Positions 51,065 to 61,415 of a DNA stretch of 64,000 nucleotides are shown one piece after another. The DNA is from Alphaproteobacteria bacterium (GTDB taxonomy: Bacteria > Pseudomonadota > Alphaproteobacteria > Rhizobiales > JAKIUO01): assembly GCA_024280895.1 (NCBI GenBank), contig JAJRPI010000056.1, positions 103,655 through 167,654 on the forward strand. The letters run 5' to 3'. Under the pieces are notes generated by a model. The model ran no database searches and was not told the origin of the DNA. It saw nothing but the letters and a program-made list of their open reading frames with translations. The position numbers were made by a program, and so were the translations under genes. How positions within the stretch are numbered: position 1 is the stretch's first letter; every line of letters starts with the position of its first letter.

Positions 51065-52149
51065 GCCGGGCAAAAACCATCAGCGCGCCGTTTACGCACG
51101 CCATCACGAGTGTGCCGCGCACCATGCTGCTGGTGATGCTGGCGCTGGCCCCGGCCACCGCGTTCAGCCTTTATCAATTTGGCTGGCCCGCCATCATTTT
51201 GTTTTTCATCATTATTGGTTCAAGCCTGCTTTTTGAGGCATTGTCTTTGCTAATTGCCAGAAAACCGGTGACGCCGTTCTTGCTGGATGGGTCGGCGGTG
51301 CTGACCGGTTGGCTGGTGGCCATGGCGCTGCCCCCTTGGGCCCCGTGGTGGATTGGCGTGCTTGGCGGCTTTATCGCCATTGTTTTTGGCAAGCATATAT
51401 ATGGGGGGCTTGGGCAAAATATTTTCAATCCGGCCATGGTGGCGCGCATTGCGCTGCTGATTTCATTTCCCCTTGAGATGACGTTTTTTATGCAGCCCCA
51501 GCCTTTGTTTGCGCAGCAAAGCCCCAATTTCTTGCAAGCCATGGACATTATTTTCATGGGCGGCATCAATATAGATGCTTTGACCAGCGCCTCCACCCTG
51601 ACGCAGATCAAAGTGTTGCAGTTCGATGGACAATCAATCGAGGCGGCAACTGGTTTGGTGAGCTACTTGCCGACCGCCATGCTGGGGGTGTTGCCCGGTA
51701 GCATGGGGGAGATGTCAGTGCTTTCACTTATTGTTGGCGGCGTGTTTCTGCTGGCCCTGCGCATTATCAGCTGGCACACACCGGTTGCAATGTTTGCCAG
51801 TATGGCGCTGATCGCCGGTATTGCGCATTTTTTCAATCCCGCTTTTCACCCCGGCATGTGGACCCATCTGTTTTCGGGCGGGTTTGTGCTTGGCGCTTTT
51901 TTTATCGCAACCGATTATGTCACGCAGCCAGTGTCCAATAGCGGACGGTTGATTTTTGGCGCAGGTGTCGGCGCGCTGACCTTTGTCATTCGTGCCTATT
52001 CGATTTTTCCTGAAGGGGTCGGTTTTGCGATTCTTTTGATGAACGCCATGACGCCGCTCATCGATCACTATATCAAACCGCGTATTTTTGGCCGGTCCAA
52101 AAGCGGCGAGCCGCTTGCCAGTGAGCAGCTCGAAAGGGGGCGGCAATGA
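51061..52149 (+). CDS. rnfD: Rnf complex subunit D
   Basis: 362-aa polytopic ORF with an ATGA overlap with rnfC. It is an NqrB/RnfD-type sequence. Confidence 0.92.
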   Translation: MSRAKTISAPFTHAITSVPRTMLLVMLALAPATAFSLYQFGWPAIILFFIIIGSSLLFEALSLLIARKPVTPFLLDGSAVLTGWLVAMALPPWAPWWIGVLGGFIAIVFGKHIYGGLGQNIFNPAMVARIALLISFPLEMTFFMQPQPLFAQQSPNFLQAMDIIFMGGINIDALTSASTLTQIKVLQFDGQSIEAATGLVSYLPTAMLGVLPGSMGEMSVLSLIVGGVFLLALRIISWHTPVAMFASMALIAGIAHFFNPAFHPGMWTHLFSGGFVLGAFFIATDYVTQPVSNSGRLIFGAGVGALTFVIRAYSIFPEGVGFAILLMNAMTPLIDHYIKPRIFGRSKSGEPLASEQLERGRQ

Positions 52150-52793
52150 ACTGGGTCGAAAGTAAAAACCCGGTCGTACATGCGGGATTGTTAGGGGGCA
52201 TTGCGCTGGTTGCTGGCGTCTTTTTGATCCTTGGCAATATGGCAACAAAGCAATCGATCAAAGATCGCCAGCACGAAGATCTGGTGCGCTCGCTAGAGAT
52301 TGTCATTCCCGATCAACTGCATGATAATGATTTGAGCGCAAAGGTCATGCACGTGCAAGATGCGGCAGGTCAATCGCATGAAGTTTATCGAGCACGCAAG
52401 GCGGGCAAGATAACAGCGATTGCTTTTGCGCGGGCCATTCATGGCTATATGTCCATTCATTTGATCATGGGCATTGATGCGAGCGGTGAGATATTGGGCG
52501 TGCGGGTGTTGTCCCATGAAGAAACGCCGGGGCTTGGAGACAAGATTGAGGTCGCCAAAACTGACTGGATCACCAGTTTTGATGGCCTCTCGCTGCAAAA
52601 TACACCGCGCGGCCAATGGGGCGTAAAAAAGGATGGCGGCATGTTCGACCAGTTTTCGGGTGCCACCATCACCCCGCGCGCCGTTGTCAAAGCGGTACGC
52701 GAGGGATTGGAGTTTTTCAAATTCAAGAGGGCTGAACTTTTGTCGAGCGACAATCGAGCAATCGATAAAGATGCGAGAGGGGCGGGCTCATGA
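52146..52793 (+). CDS. rnfG: Rnf complex subunit G (FMN-binding)
   Basis: 215-aa ORF with an ATGA overlap. It has the FMN attachment region [10 protein letters not shown] and ETPGLGDKI. Confidence 0.92.
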   Translation: MNWVESKNPVVHAGLLGGIALVAGVFLILGNMATKQSIKDRQHEDLVRSLEIVIPDQLHDNDLSAKVMHVQDAAGQSHEVYRARKAGKITAIAFARAIHGYMSIHLIMGIDASGEILGVRVLSHEETPGLGDKIEVAKTDWITSFDGLSLQNTPRGQWGVKKDGGMFDQFSGATITPRAVVKAVREGLEFFKFKRAELLSSDNRAIDKDARGAGS

Positions 52794-53500
52794 GCACGGA
52801 TGCACCAGACTATCGCACGATCATCGCGGATGGCCTGTGGACGCGCAATGTTGTGCTGGCGCAATTGCTGGCGCTTTGCCCCTTGATGGCGGTGACAGCG
52901 ACCGCCACCAATGGTCTTGGCATGGGTATGGCAACGACCTTTGTGCTGGTGGCATCGGGCTTTTCGGTTTCCTTGTGGCGCGGGTTTATCACCCCCGAAA
53001 TCCGTATTCCGGTATTTGTGTTGATCATCGCCTCGCAAGTCACACTGGTTGAAATGGGCATGAACGCGTGGCTGCATGAGCTCTACAAGGTGCTCGGCCT
53101 GTTCATTCCGCTGATTGTTACTAATTGCGCCATTTTAGGGCGCGCCGAGGCATTTGCATCTCGTAATGATGTCATCCCCTCGATGGTGGACGGGTTTTTC
53201 ATGGGGGTTGGGTTTACCGCCGTATTAGTGGTTATTGGCGGCATCCGTGAAGTGCTCGGTTCGGGCACCCTGTTTTTCAACGCGTCCCTATTGTTGGGGG
53301 AGCATTTTTCATTTTTGGAAACGGTGGTGTTTGGCGGCGATTATAAAGGGTTCTTGCTGCTCATTTTGCCGCCCGGCGGATTTATCGTGCTGGGTTTTTT
53401 GATCGCTTTCAAAAATGTCATTGATGCGGCCCGCGTAAAACGCGCCACCGCGCAGGCGTTGGATCATGGGGCGGAGCCAACGCAGGAGCGGGCGGCTTAG
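52790..53500 (+). CDS. rnfE: Rnf complex subunit E
   Basis: 236-aa polytopic ORF with an ATGA overlap, containing [21 protein letters not shown]. Confidence 0.92.
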   Translation: MSTDAPDYRTIIADGLWTRNVVLAQLLALCPLMAVTATATNGLGMGMATTFVLVASGFSVSLWRGFITPEIRIPVFVLIIASQVTLVEMGMNAWLHELYKVLGLFIPLIVTNCAILGRAEAFASRNDVIPSMVDGFFMGVGFTAVLVVIGGIREVLGSGTLFFNASLLLGEHFSFLETVVFGGDYKGFLLLILPPGGFIVLGFLIAFKNVIDAARVKRATAQALDHGAEPTQERAA

Positions 53501-53781
53501 TGGCCAAGATAATTGAAATTTCGGTGGCTTGTGCCCATCCCAATGATGGTTTTTGGCGGACCATGTCGGTGAGCGAGGGCACAACCGCCCTTCAGGCGAT
53601 CCAAAATTCGGGAGTGCTGGAGCATTTCAAGGAGCTTGAAACTGATACGCTTAGTATCGGTATTTATGCCGTGCCAGCCAAGCTCGATACCATATTGGTG
53701 CAAGGGGATCGGGTAGAAATTTATCGCGAGCTTCTGGTTGATCCAAAAACCGTACCCAGAAAGGCCAAAAAGAAAAAATGA
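53500..53781 (+). CDS. rnfH: RnfH-family ubiquitin-fold protein
   Basis: 93-aa ORF whose GTG overlaps the rnfE stop (TAGTG). It contains GDRVEIYRELLVDPK, typical of RnfH/UPF0125. Confidence 0.85.
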   Translation: MAKIIEISVACAHPNDGFWRTMSVSEGTTALQAIQNSGVLEHFKELETDTLSIGIYAVPAKLDTILVQGDRVEIYRELLVDPKTVPRKAKKKK

Positions 53782-53844
53782 GTTCGTTCACTTTGATTGA
53801 CTCATCCCTCAAGCTTTTCTATTAAGAGCCCATGCCAGTTGATC

Positions 53845-54180
53845 CCTGCGGGAGAGATCATTGTGTCTGACTTAAGAGACGATATGGCGCCGAAGGAGCA
53901 ACCGCCCCAAAAAAACGACGGGAAACTCTCAGGCAAACGGACCGCAGGAAGATGGCACTCTGGAAAGCAGGTGCAGGGTTGACCCCGCACCTCACCGAAG
54001 GGGTAAGTTGGTTTTCTGGCGGGTAGTCGCTGGATGCGTGTTTTATGCGGAGAACCGGATCGTAGATCCGGCAAGGGCAAGCGCCCGCCGCGTGTTGCGC
54101 GCCCTCGCGGAGGCCCGCCGTCAGGCGGAGTGGCCGTGAGCGATATAAACCAATCAAATCTCTCAGGTTCCGTGACAGAG
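53845..54180 (+). promoter_or_regulatory. Tandem glycine riboswitch (aptamer 1 at 53845-53948; aptamer 2 at 53958-54180 with a large internal insertion)
   Basis: In aptamer 1, P1 is cctgcgg/ccgcagg and the conserved elements GGGAGAG, GCGCCGAAGGAGCAA and CTCTCAGGCAAACGGAC are present. In aptamer 2, P1 is ctctg/cagag, with TCACCGAAGGGGTAA and CTCTCAGGTTCCGTGACAGAG about 155 nt apart. It lies directly upstream of gcvT. Confidence 0.85.
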
Positions 54181-54254
54181 GGGGTGTGTGTCTTTGCCAT
54201 AGTCTGGCATAGATGGCGCTCGCATTGAGGTCTCGGATTGAGGGAGAATGGTAC

Positions 54255-55421
54255 ATGTCGGATCAACAGGGGGATAGCCCCCTAAAGCGCACGCCGCTTT
54301 ATGATTTTCACAATAAACTGAATGCCAAAATGGTGCCGTTTGCGGGCTATGAAATGCCGGTGCTGTATCCGCTTGGGGTGCTCAAGGAACATCTGCATGT
54401 ACGCGAAAAAGCTGGATTGTTTGACGTCTCTCATATGGGACAGGCTTTCTTGATCCCCGCCGATGGCGAGTTTAAAACCGCTGCGCATGCTCTGGAAACA
54501 CTGGCACCGGGTAATTTTGCTATTTTAAAGCCTGGACGCCAACGCTACTCGCAGCTGCTCAATGATGAGGGTGGCGTGCTGGATGATTTGATGGTGACGC
54601 GTCTTGGTATGGAGGGGCATGAGCACTGGGTCTATGTGGTGGTCAACGCCGCTTGCAAGACCCGTGATTTCGCGCTCATTGAAAAAAGCATGCCCGATAA
54701 TGTCGAAATGAAAATTCTCGATGATATGGCGCTTATCGCCCTGCAGGGACCAAAGGCCGTTGATGTGCTGGCAGGGTTTGCCCCACAAGTCGCCGATATG
54801 GCGTTTATGAGTTCTCTTGATCTACCCGTCAGCGTCGATGAGCAAGAGATGTGGATGCATGTTTCGCGCTCTGGATATACGGGCGAAGATGGCTATGAAT
54901 TGGCTATTAAATCCAAAGATGTCGAAACATTCTGGCGTGCGCTTGAAGCTCACCCCGATGTGGAAGCGATTGGCCTTGGCGCTCGTGATAGCTTGCGTTT
55001 GGAAGCAGGGCTTTGCCTTTATGGTCACGATATTGACGAGACCACAACACCCATTGAAGCCAATCTCACCTGGTCCATTGGCAAGCGTCGCCGTGAAAAT
55101 GGTGGCTTTCCCGGTGCCGAAAAAATTCTTGCTCAACTAAAAGATGGCCCAGCCAGGAAACTGGTGGGTATCAAGCCAGAGGGACGCGCCCCGGCGCGTG
55201 AAGGAACCAAGGTGTTCAGCACAGATGGCGCGGAGATCGGCATTGTTACCAGTGGTGGTTATGGACCATCGGTGGGCGGTCCGGTGGCCATGGGCTATGT
55301 AAGCACCAAGCATAGCGAAGCGGGCACAGCACTGGAGCTTGAAGTGCGGGGCAAGCGCCTGCCAGCACTCGTTCAGCCCTTGCCATTTGTGGCGCATAAT
55401 TTTTATCGCAAAAAGAAATAA
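54255..55421 (+). CDS. gcvT: Glycine cleavage system aminomethyltransferase (T protein)
   Basis: The track ORF is 54213-55421. ATG at 54255 lies 8 nt after GAGGGAG. It contains TPLYDFH and DVSHMG. Confidence 0.95.
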   Translation: MSDQQGDSPLKRTPLYDFHNKLNAKMVPFAGYEMPVLYPLGVLKEHLHVREKAGLFDVSHMGQAFLIPADGEFKTAAHALETLAPGNFAILKPGRQRYSQLLNDEGGVLDDLMVTRLGMEGHEHWVYVVVNAACKTRDFALIEKSMPDNVEMKILDDMALIALQGPKAVDVLAGFAPQVADMAFMSSLDLPVSVDEQEMWMHVSRSGYTGEDGYELAIKSKDVETFWRALEAHPDVEAIGLGARDSLRLEAGLCLYGHDIDETTTPIEANLTWSIGKRRRENGGFPGAEKILAQLKDGPARKLVGIKPEGRAPAREGTKVFSTDGAEIGIVTSGGYGPSVGGPVAMGYVSTKHSEAGTALELEVRGKRLPALVQPLPFVAHNFYRKKK

Positions 55422-55460
55422 ATCTAACAAACACCAAAAGAAAAGATGAGGAGGCATTTG

Positions 55461-55838
55461 ATGTCGAAAACCTATTACACAAAAGAACACGAATGGATCA
55501 TGGTTGAGGACGGGGTGGGCACCATTGGCATTACGGATCATGCCCAGGAACAGCTCGGCGATATTGTGTTTGTTGAATTGCCAGAACCCGGCCTTGAAGT
55601 GGAGCAGGGTGATGAGGCCTGTGTGGTGGAAAGCGTCAAGGCGGCCAGTGAAGTCTATGCGCCCATTAGCGGTGAAGTGGTCGAGGCCAATGAAGCGCTT
55701 GGCGAGAATGCCGCTTTGGTCAATGAAAGTGCCGAAACTGATGCCTGGTTCATTAAAATCAAGCTGTCCAATGCGGATGAGCTGGAAGAGTTGATGGATA
55801 AAGCGGGTTACGAAGAATTCGTTGAAAGTGAGAGCTAA
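55461..55838 (+). CDS. gcvH: Glycine cleavage system H protein
   Basis: ATG at 55461 follows GAGGAGG and gives [13 protein letters not shown]. The lipoyl-lysine motif is [13 protein letters not shown]. Confidence 0.95.
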   Translation: MSKTYYTKEHEWIMVEDGVGTIGITDHAQEQLGDIVFVELPEPGLEVEQGDEACVVESVKAASEVYAPISGEVVEANEALGENAALVNESAETDAWFIKIKLSNADELEELMDKAGYEEFVESES

Positions 55839-57184
55839 TGCGTTATCTGCCTTTGTCGCCAAATGATCGGCGCGAAATGCTGGCCAAAGTTGGTGTTGAC
55901 CATGTCGATGCCCTGTTTGCCGACGTGCCTAAAGACAAGCTATTGGACAAACTGCCTGATCTGCCAATGGCGGCCAGTGAAATCGAGGTAGAGCGCCAAT
56001 TGTCGCAAATGGCGGCGCGCAACTTGTCCGCCGGTCAGGCCAAAGGCTTTTTTGTCGGGGCGGGGGCGTACCGTCACCATGTGCCAGCAACCGTTGATCA
56101 TCTTATTCAGCGCTCCGAGTTTTTGACGGCTTATACGCCTTACCAGCCAGAAATTTCGCAAGGCACCTTGCAGGTCCTGTTCGAGTTTCAGACACAGATT
56201 TGCATGCTCACCGGTATGGATGTCGCGAACGCCTCCATGTATGATGGATCTACCGCGACTGCTGAAGCCGTGTTAATGGCGCGGCGCGTGACCCGGCGCA
56301 AAAAAGCAATTCTGTCGGGCGGCTTGCATCCGCAATATCGCGCGGTTGTGGAAAATATGGAGCGTTTTTCGGGGGGGGATCTGGTTCAGATGACCCCATC
56401 GATTGCTAAAGCCGAAGATTTGATCGATCAGATCGATGATGAAACCGCTTGTGTGGTGGTGCAATATCCAGACTTTTTTGGTCAGATCAGCGATTATAGC
56501 GCACTGGCAGAGGCGGCCCATGCTAAAAAAGCTTTGCTGATTATTGTGGTCACCGAAATTGTATCGCTGGGCGCGATCAAATCGCCAGGGTCAATGGGCG
56601 CCGATATTGTCGTGGCCGAGGGGCAGTCTTTGGGCTGTGGCCTTGATTTTGGCGGTCCCTATGTGGGTTTGTTTGCAACACGTCAAAAATATATCCGCCA
56701 GATGCCGGGGCGCCTTTGCGGAAAAACCGTCGATGTCGACGGGCAGCAAGGTTTCGTGCTGACCCTGTCGACCAGAGAGCAACATATCAGACGCGAAAAA
56801 GCCACAAGTAATATCTGCACAAATTCAGGTCTTATGGCGCTGGCTTTTTCCATTCATTTGACCTTGCTGGGTGAAAAAGGCTTGCGCCAACTGGCCATGA
56901 TCAATCATGCCAATGCCGTGCAGCTGGCCAATCAGCTCGGCAAGATAAAGGGCGTTGAAGTGCTCAATGACAGCTTCTTTAACGAGTTCACCATCCGCGT
57001 TCCTGGCAGCGCCCATGATCTTGTTGAGGCGCTGGCGGCCAAACAAATTCTCGCCGGTGTGCCCGTGTCGCGATTATTGCCGAAGGACAAGCTTGATGAT
57101 CTATTGCTCATCGCGGTTACCGAGATGAATAGTGGCGATCAGCTCACGACCCTTGCTGCGACCATCGAGGGAGAAATCAAATGA
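55838..57184 (+). CDS. gcvPA: Glycine dehydrogenase (decarboxylating) subunit 1
   Basis: 448-aa ORF with a TAATG overlap with gcvH, starting [15 protein letters not shown], with [11 protein letters not shown]. Confidence 0.95.
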   Translation: MRYLPLSPNDRREMLAKVGVDHVDALFADVPKDKLLDKLPDLPMAASEIEVERQLSQMAARNLSAGQAKGFFVGAGAYRHHVPATVDHLIQRSEFLTAYTPYQPEISQGTLQVLFEFQTQICMLTGMDVANASMYDGSTATAEAVLMARRVTRRKKAILSGGLHPQYRAVVENMERFSGGDLVQMTPSIAKAEDLIDQIDDETACVVVQYPDFFGQISDYSALAEAAHAKKALLIIVVTEIVSLGAIKSPGSMGADIVVAEGQSLGCGLDFGGPYVGLFATRQKYIRQMPGRLCGKTVDVDGQQGFVLTLSTREQHIRREKATSNICTNSGLMALAFSIHLTLLGEKGLRQLAMINHANAVQLANQLGKIKGVEVLNDSFFNEFTIRVPGSAHDLVEALAAKQILAGVPVSRLLPKDKLDDLLLIAVTEMNSGDQLTTLAATIEGEIK

Positions 57185-58770
57185 GCATGAACAAACAAGG
57201 GCGCAAGACCGATATCAAACAGCCCACCAGCGATCGCATTGATGCAAAGACCTATTCGGGCAACAAGGCTTTGCAGATCGAAGAACCGATCCTGTTTGAT
57301 CTGGGCGATACGCAGACAACGGGCGTTGATTTTGCCGATGTTGCGCCGTTCGAAAATCGCCTCAACGGCATGGAGCGTGCCGAGGAATTTGGCCTGGCCG
57401 GTCTGTCAGAACCTGAAACCATGCGCCATTATGTGCGCCTGTCGCAAAAGAATTACAGCATTGATACCGGCATTTATCCGCTCGGATCTTGCACGATGAA
57501 ACATAATCCGCGTCTCAATGAAAAAATCGCCCGTTTGCCCGGCTTTATGGATATTCATCCGTTGCAGCCGCAATCAAGTGTACCTGGTGCCATTGATCTG
57601 ATGAGCGAGTTGGCGCATTGGCTGATGGAGTTGACGGGCATGAAGGCGATTGCCCTGTCGCCAAAGGCTGGCGCACATGGCGAACTTTGCGGCATGATGG
57701 CAATCAAGGCGGCCCATGAGGCCCGCGAAGCCCAAGAAGAGGGGGGGGCGACCAAAAATGTCGTGCTTGTGCCTGATAGCGCGCATGGTACGAACCCTGC
57801 AACGGCGGCGCTGATCGGCTATAAAATTCGCTCGGTACCAGCGCAAGAAGATGGCACGGTGACGGCCGCCTCGGTCAAAGAGGCGCTCGATGATGATGTC
57901 GCCGCCATCATGCTCACCAACCCTAATACGGGCGGCGTGTTCGAGCGCGAGATCGTTGAGATCGCCAAGCTGATCCATGAAGCTGGCGCCTATTTTTATT
58001 GCGACGGCGCCAATTTCACGGCTATTGCCGGCAAGGTGAAGCCGGGCGAACTTGGTGTCGATGCCATGCATTTCAACTTGCATAAAACCTTCTCAACGCC
58101 GCATGGCGGTGGGGGGCCAGGTTCCGGACCAGTGGTTTTGTCAAAGCGCCTTGCGCCCTTTGCGCCATTGCCTTTTCTTGTAAAAGACGGGGAGAGCACA
58201 AGGTTGGTGGAAAATGCCAGCGATCATGTCAGTGAGGCCAGCCCGTTTGGGCGCATGACCGCTTTTCACGGACAGTTTGGCATGTATACACGGGCCCTTA
58301 CCTATATGATGAGCCACGGCTCTGATGGTTTGAAACAGGCCTCTGAAGACGCAGTGCTCAATGCCAACTATCTGCGCGCTTCGCTGTCAGATTACATGTC
58401 GCTGGCGTTTGGTGAAGATCATATCTGCATGCACGAGGTGCTGTTCGATGATGCGTTTTTGAAAGACACAGGCGTCACCACACTGGATTTTGCCAAGGCG
58501 ATGATTGACGAGGGCTTCCACCCCATGACCGTCTATTTTCCGTTGATTGTGCATGGCGCGATGCTGGTTGAGCCAACGGAAAGTGAGAGTAAAGCCTCAT
58601 TGGATCAATTTATTGAGGTGATGATTGCTCTGGCTAAACGAGCCAAACAGGGCGACGCCGAGCCGTTTTTAAACGCCCCTCGCTTTACGCCAAGGCGCCG
58701 GCTGGACGAGACAGGAGCCGCTCGCAAACCGATTTTGCGCTGGTCATCTGAAGATGAGGTGAATATGTAA
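57181..58770 (+). CDS. gcvPB: Glycine dehydrogenase (decarboxylating) subunit 2
   Basis: 529-aa ORF with an ATGA overlap. The PLP-lysine region is [16 protein letters not shown]. Confidence 0.95.
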   Translation: MSMNKQGRKTDIKQPTSDRIDAKTYSGNKALQIEEPILFDLGDTQTTGVDFADVAPFENRLNGMERAEEFGLAGLSEPETMRHYVRLSQKNYSIDTGIYPLGSCTMKHNPRLNEKIARLPGFMDIHPLQPQSSVPGAIDLMSELAHWLMELTGMKAIALSPKAGAHGELCGMMAIKAAHEAREAQEEGGATKNVVLVPDSAHGTNPATAALIGYKIRSVPAQEDGTVTAASVKEALDDDVAAIMLTNPNTGGVFEREIVEIAKLIHEAGAYFYCDGANFTAIAGKVKPGELGVDAMHFNLHKTFSTPHGGGGPGSGPVVLSKRLAPFAPLPFLVKDGESTRLVENASDHVSEASPFGRMTAFHGQFGMYTRALTYMMSHGSDGLKQASEDAVLNANYLRASLSDYMSLAFGEDHICMHEVLFDDAFLKDTGVTTLDFAKAMIDEGFHPMTVYFPLIVHGAMLVEPTESESKASLDQFIEVMIALAKRAKQGDAEPFLNAPRFTPRRRLDETGAARKPILRWSSEDEVNM

Positions 58771-58910
58771 CAATGAGTCAACTTAAAACAGTTGCTTGAA
58801 CCTTGCTCAACAAAGTCCTAAGCTAAACCAAGTACGCGCCTTTAAGAATATATGGAGGCGTTGCCTACGTATGGGGGAGTACGATCAATTTATAGAGAGG
58901 GTTAAAATAA

Positions 58911-59492
58911 ATGTTTTACAGATTGATGGGTCTAGCCACTGCCGCTGGGCTGGCTTTGAGCCTTGGTGTATTGCCCGCAAGTGCTCAAAAAACCAAAAAA
59001 ATGGTCAAGCCTTTGGAGCGCGAGTGTAAAGCCAAGCCCGTTTCACGCACGGGTGGTCGCGCCAGATTTAAGATCACGGCGCGTAAAAAAGCCCGTGATG
59101 CCTGGCGCCAGAAGATTCGTGAAAAAGAAGGCAAGCAATGGGCTTCATGGTTATTTTCCAAAGATGCAAAGTATAACTGCTTCAAGGAGAAGGGGCGCAA
59201 TCGTTGCACCGTGATTTCCACGCCATGCAAACTAAGCGCCGTGTTAAGTGGGCCGGGCAAGGTTTGCTCTTTCTACAAGATCGCTGGAACGGGGAAACCC
59301 GCCAAGCTGAAAGAATGGGCCAAGCATAAAGCTCGCAAGGTCTGGGCTGCTAGAGTGCGCGATTTCTATGGCACCAAAATGGATACATGGTTGCTGGCCA
59401 ACAGCAAAGAGACCAAATGCACGGATCACGCAGATGGTACGCATACCTGTACTGTGACATCGCAGCCTTGCCGATTCCGTATTTTGAACTAG
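58911..59492 (+). CDS. Secreted basic protein with two tandem 4-Cys modules (same family as 38005-38352)
   Basis: 193-aa ORF with a signal peptide ending in ASAQ. Module 1 runs CKAKP...ARKKARDAWRQKI...W..W...C..8..CTVISTPCK. Module 2 runs CSFYK...AKHKARKVWAARV...W...C..8..CTVTSQPCR. Confidence 0.65.
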   Translation: MFYRLMGLATAAGLALSLGVLPASAQKTKKMVKPLERECKAKPVSRTGGRARFKITARKKARDAWRQKIREKEGKQWASWLFSKDAKYNCFKEKGRNRCTVISTPCKLSAVLSGPGKVCSFYKIAGTGKPAKLKEWAKHKARKVWAARVRDFYGTKMDTWLLANSKETKCTDHADGTHTCTVTSQPCRFRILN

Positions 59493-59513
59493 ATCAGGCG
59501 AAAATAACAATAC

Positions 59514-59552
59514 AAAGGCCAGGCTTTGAACATCTCAAAGTCTGGCCTTTTT
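59514..59552 (+). terminator. Rho-independent terminator
   Basis: The stem is ggccaggctttga (59517-59529) paired with tcaaagtctggcc (59535-59547), with one mismatch, followed by TTTTT (59548-59552). Confidence 0.8.
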
Positions 59553-59566
59553 GTGCGAGTAGCAAT

Positions 59567-59609
59567 AAAAAAGGCGGTTAAAGCACTGGGTTTCAGTGTT
59601 TTAACCGCC
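59567..59609 (-). terminator. Rho-independent terminator for the minus-strand gene 59728-59943
   Basis: The stem is ggcggttaaagcact (59573-59587) paired with agtgttttaaccgcc (59595-59609), with one mismatch. The A6 run at 59567-59572 gives a U-tract after the stem on the minus strand. Confidence 0.7.
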
Positions 59610-59727
59610 GATCTACGCAATACTCTTTAAATAAATGGGTCATAACGCGACCACTGATAAAAACTACTCAACTCAACGAAACAGATCGTTTAACGCAATA
59701 CAAAGCCAACAACTCATACGCTTTTGT

Positions 59728-59943
59728 TTAATTGGGGCGCCTTGTTGGAGTACACATGGCTAGAGCGATAATTATCTCGGCCTTGTCCCAATCGGCGGGA
59801 TCAGTCTCAAGCTTAAAAAGACCATAGGAGCGCACGGCGTCGGTTGGGGTGCCACCACGACGGTCAATTGCCGTGCAGTAATTGTGGGCGCGACCAACAG
59901 CTTCCGTCCATTGTGCAGGGTTGACCTGGTTCTCAATATTCAT
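59728..59943 (-). CDS. Hypothetical small cytoplasmic protein (71 aa)
   Basis: The ORF has its own downstream terminator. I recognise no family. Confidence 0.4.
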   Translation of the reverse strand: MNIENQVNPAQWTEAVGRAHNYCTAIDRRGGTPTDAVRSYGLFKLETDPADWDKAEIIIALAMCTPTRRPN

Positions 59944-60115
59944 AGCGGTTTTTCCTTCCAGATGCTGATTGGTTATCGAATGTGTCGATAACTTTTCGTT
60001 GCCTTGGATGAGTTAGCCAGCGTGGAATGGTGAAAATGGGCACGAATTGTGATTTGATTGTGGTTGTCCACGGATCACCTGTCAGGCACCCCGTTTATCA
60101 ACAGGCACTGATTAA

Positions 60116-60670
60116 TCAGTGCGGGCAGCTGTTTTTCATACGCAAAGCCACCATCAGCCATGTGCCAAGGGCAACCGCCCCAGCCAGTAGCGATAATAGA
60201 AAATTATACCCGGAAAAAGAAAGACCAAATAGCCGAAATTCGGCGATATCACAACGGATCACTTTGGTCTTGTTGAGGGCTTCCAGCAGACCGCCAGTGC
60301 CGCCGCCAAGCTTGTCCAGCTGATCTCCAGTGCAAGATGTGGGGCCAGCCCACCATTTCCATTCGACGCCCGCATGAAAACCGGCAAGATAGGCATTGTA
60401 CAAAAAGCCAAACCCAATAATGCCCATGAGCAACAAAGCCAGATAGCTAAGGTTGAATTTTGATTTGGAGCTAAAAAACACAAAAATCGAGGCAATCAGG
60501 GCGAAATACCACGCATTGCGCTCAATGAGGCAGAGCGGGCAGGGCTTATAGCCACCAATATGTTCAAAGCCCAGAGCCGACAGTGAGACGGCAGCAGACA
60601 GTAAAAACAACAAGGCAGCGCTGGCGGCCAAAGGGTTGTCATCAAATTTAGCTTGCAGATTGGCGAGCAT
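60116..60670 (-). CDS. dsbB: Disulfide bond formation protein B family
   Basis: 184-aa four-TM ORF with the first redox pair CPLC (KPCPLCLIERNAWY) and a second Cys pair in the large periplasmic loop. Confidence 0.8.
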   Translation of the reverse strand: MLANLQAKFDDNPLAASAALLFLLSAAVSLSALGFEHIGGYKPCPLCLIERNAWYFALIASIFVFFSSKSKFNLSYLALLLMGIIGFGFLYNAYLAGFHAGVEWKWWAGPTSCTGDQLDKLGGGTGGLLEALNKTKVIRCDIAEFRLFGLSFSGYNFLLSLLAGAVALGTWLMVALRMKNSCPH

Positions 60671-60797
60671 GAAGGCTGGTTTCCTGGATTGTTAAAAGCA
60701 TTCTCAAAGGGGTTGTTTAAAACCCTGTGGGATCTGATACGTCATTCAAGCACAAAAATAAATGGCTTGGTGACTACAAATTTAGGTGATCAGCAGG

Positions 60798-61415
60798 TCA
60801 GGCTAACATTTTGATCAAACCAAAGCCGCCAAACAGCAAGACAAAAAAGATGATGGTGACGAGGCCAAAATAGCGCTCGATAAACGAGCGGATCTGCGGA
60901 CCGAACCAGTAGAGCATGGCGCTGACCGCGAAAAACCGGATCGTGCGGGCAATAATACTGGCGATCAGGAAAACCGGGAAGGCAAGCCCTGTGACGCCGC
61001 TGGCAATGGTTATGACTTTGTAGGGGAAAGGCGTGATCCCCGCCATCAGCACAATCCAGGCGCCCCATTCATTATATTGCGCTGCAAAGGAGCTGAACTT
61101 TTCGCCATAGCCATAAAAATTGAGTACTGGCTGGCCGATCATATCAAACAAAAAATAGCCGATCGCATAGCCAAGCATGCCGCCAAGTACCGAAGCAATA
61201 GTGGCGTAAGAAGCGTACACAAAGGCTTTGGCGCGCTTGGCCAGGACCATGGGAATGAGCATTATGTCCGGGGGTAGGGGGAAAAAAGAGCTCTCGGCAA
61301 ATGATACCAATGACAAAGCCCATACGGCTTTGGGGTGCTCGGCCATTTTCATCATCCAGTCATAAAGGCGTCGAAACATGTTTTTCCCTAAATCCGGTTG
61401 CACCGATCTGTTCAT
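60798..61415 (-). CDS. YqaA/DedA-type (SNARE-associated) membrane protein
   Basis: 205-aa polytopic ORF with FAESSFFPLPPDIMLIPMVL, typical of the YqaA subfamily. Confidence 0.8.
   Translation of the reverse strand: MNRSVQPDLGKNMFRRLYDWMMKMAEHPKAVWALSLVSFAESSFFPLPPDIMLIPMVLAKRAKAFVYASYATIASVLGGMLGYAIGYFLFDMIGQPVLNFYGYGEKFSSFAAQYNEWGAWIVLMAGITPFPYKVITIASGVTGLAFPVFLIASIIARTIRFFAVSAMLYWFGPQIRSFIERYFGLVTIIFFVLLFGGFGLIKMLA

Noticed and set aside
53802-54266. Minus-strand ORFs of 154 and 132 aa between rnfH and gcvT.
   Set aside because: They overlay the tandem glycine riboswitch and its GC-rich insert. They are Pro/Arg-rich with no SD. The riboswitch explains the conservation-like structure.
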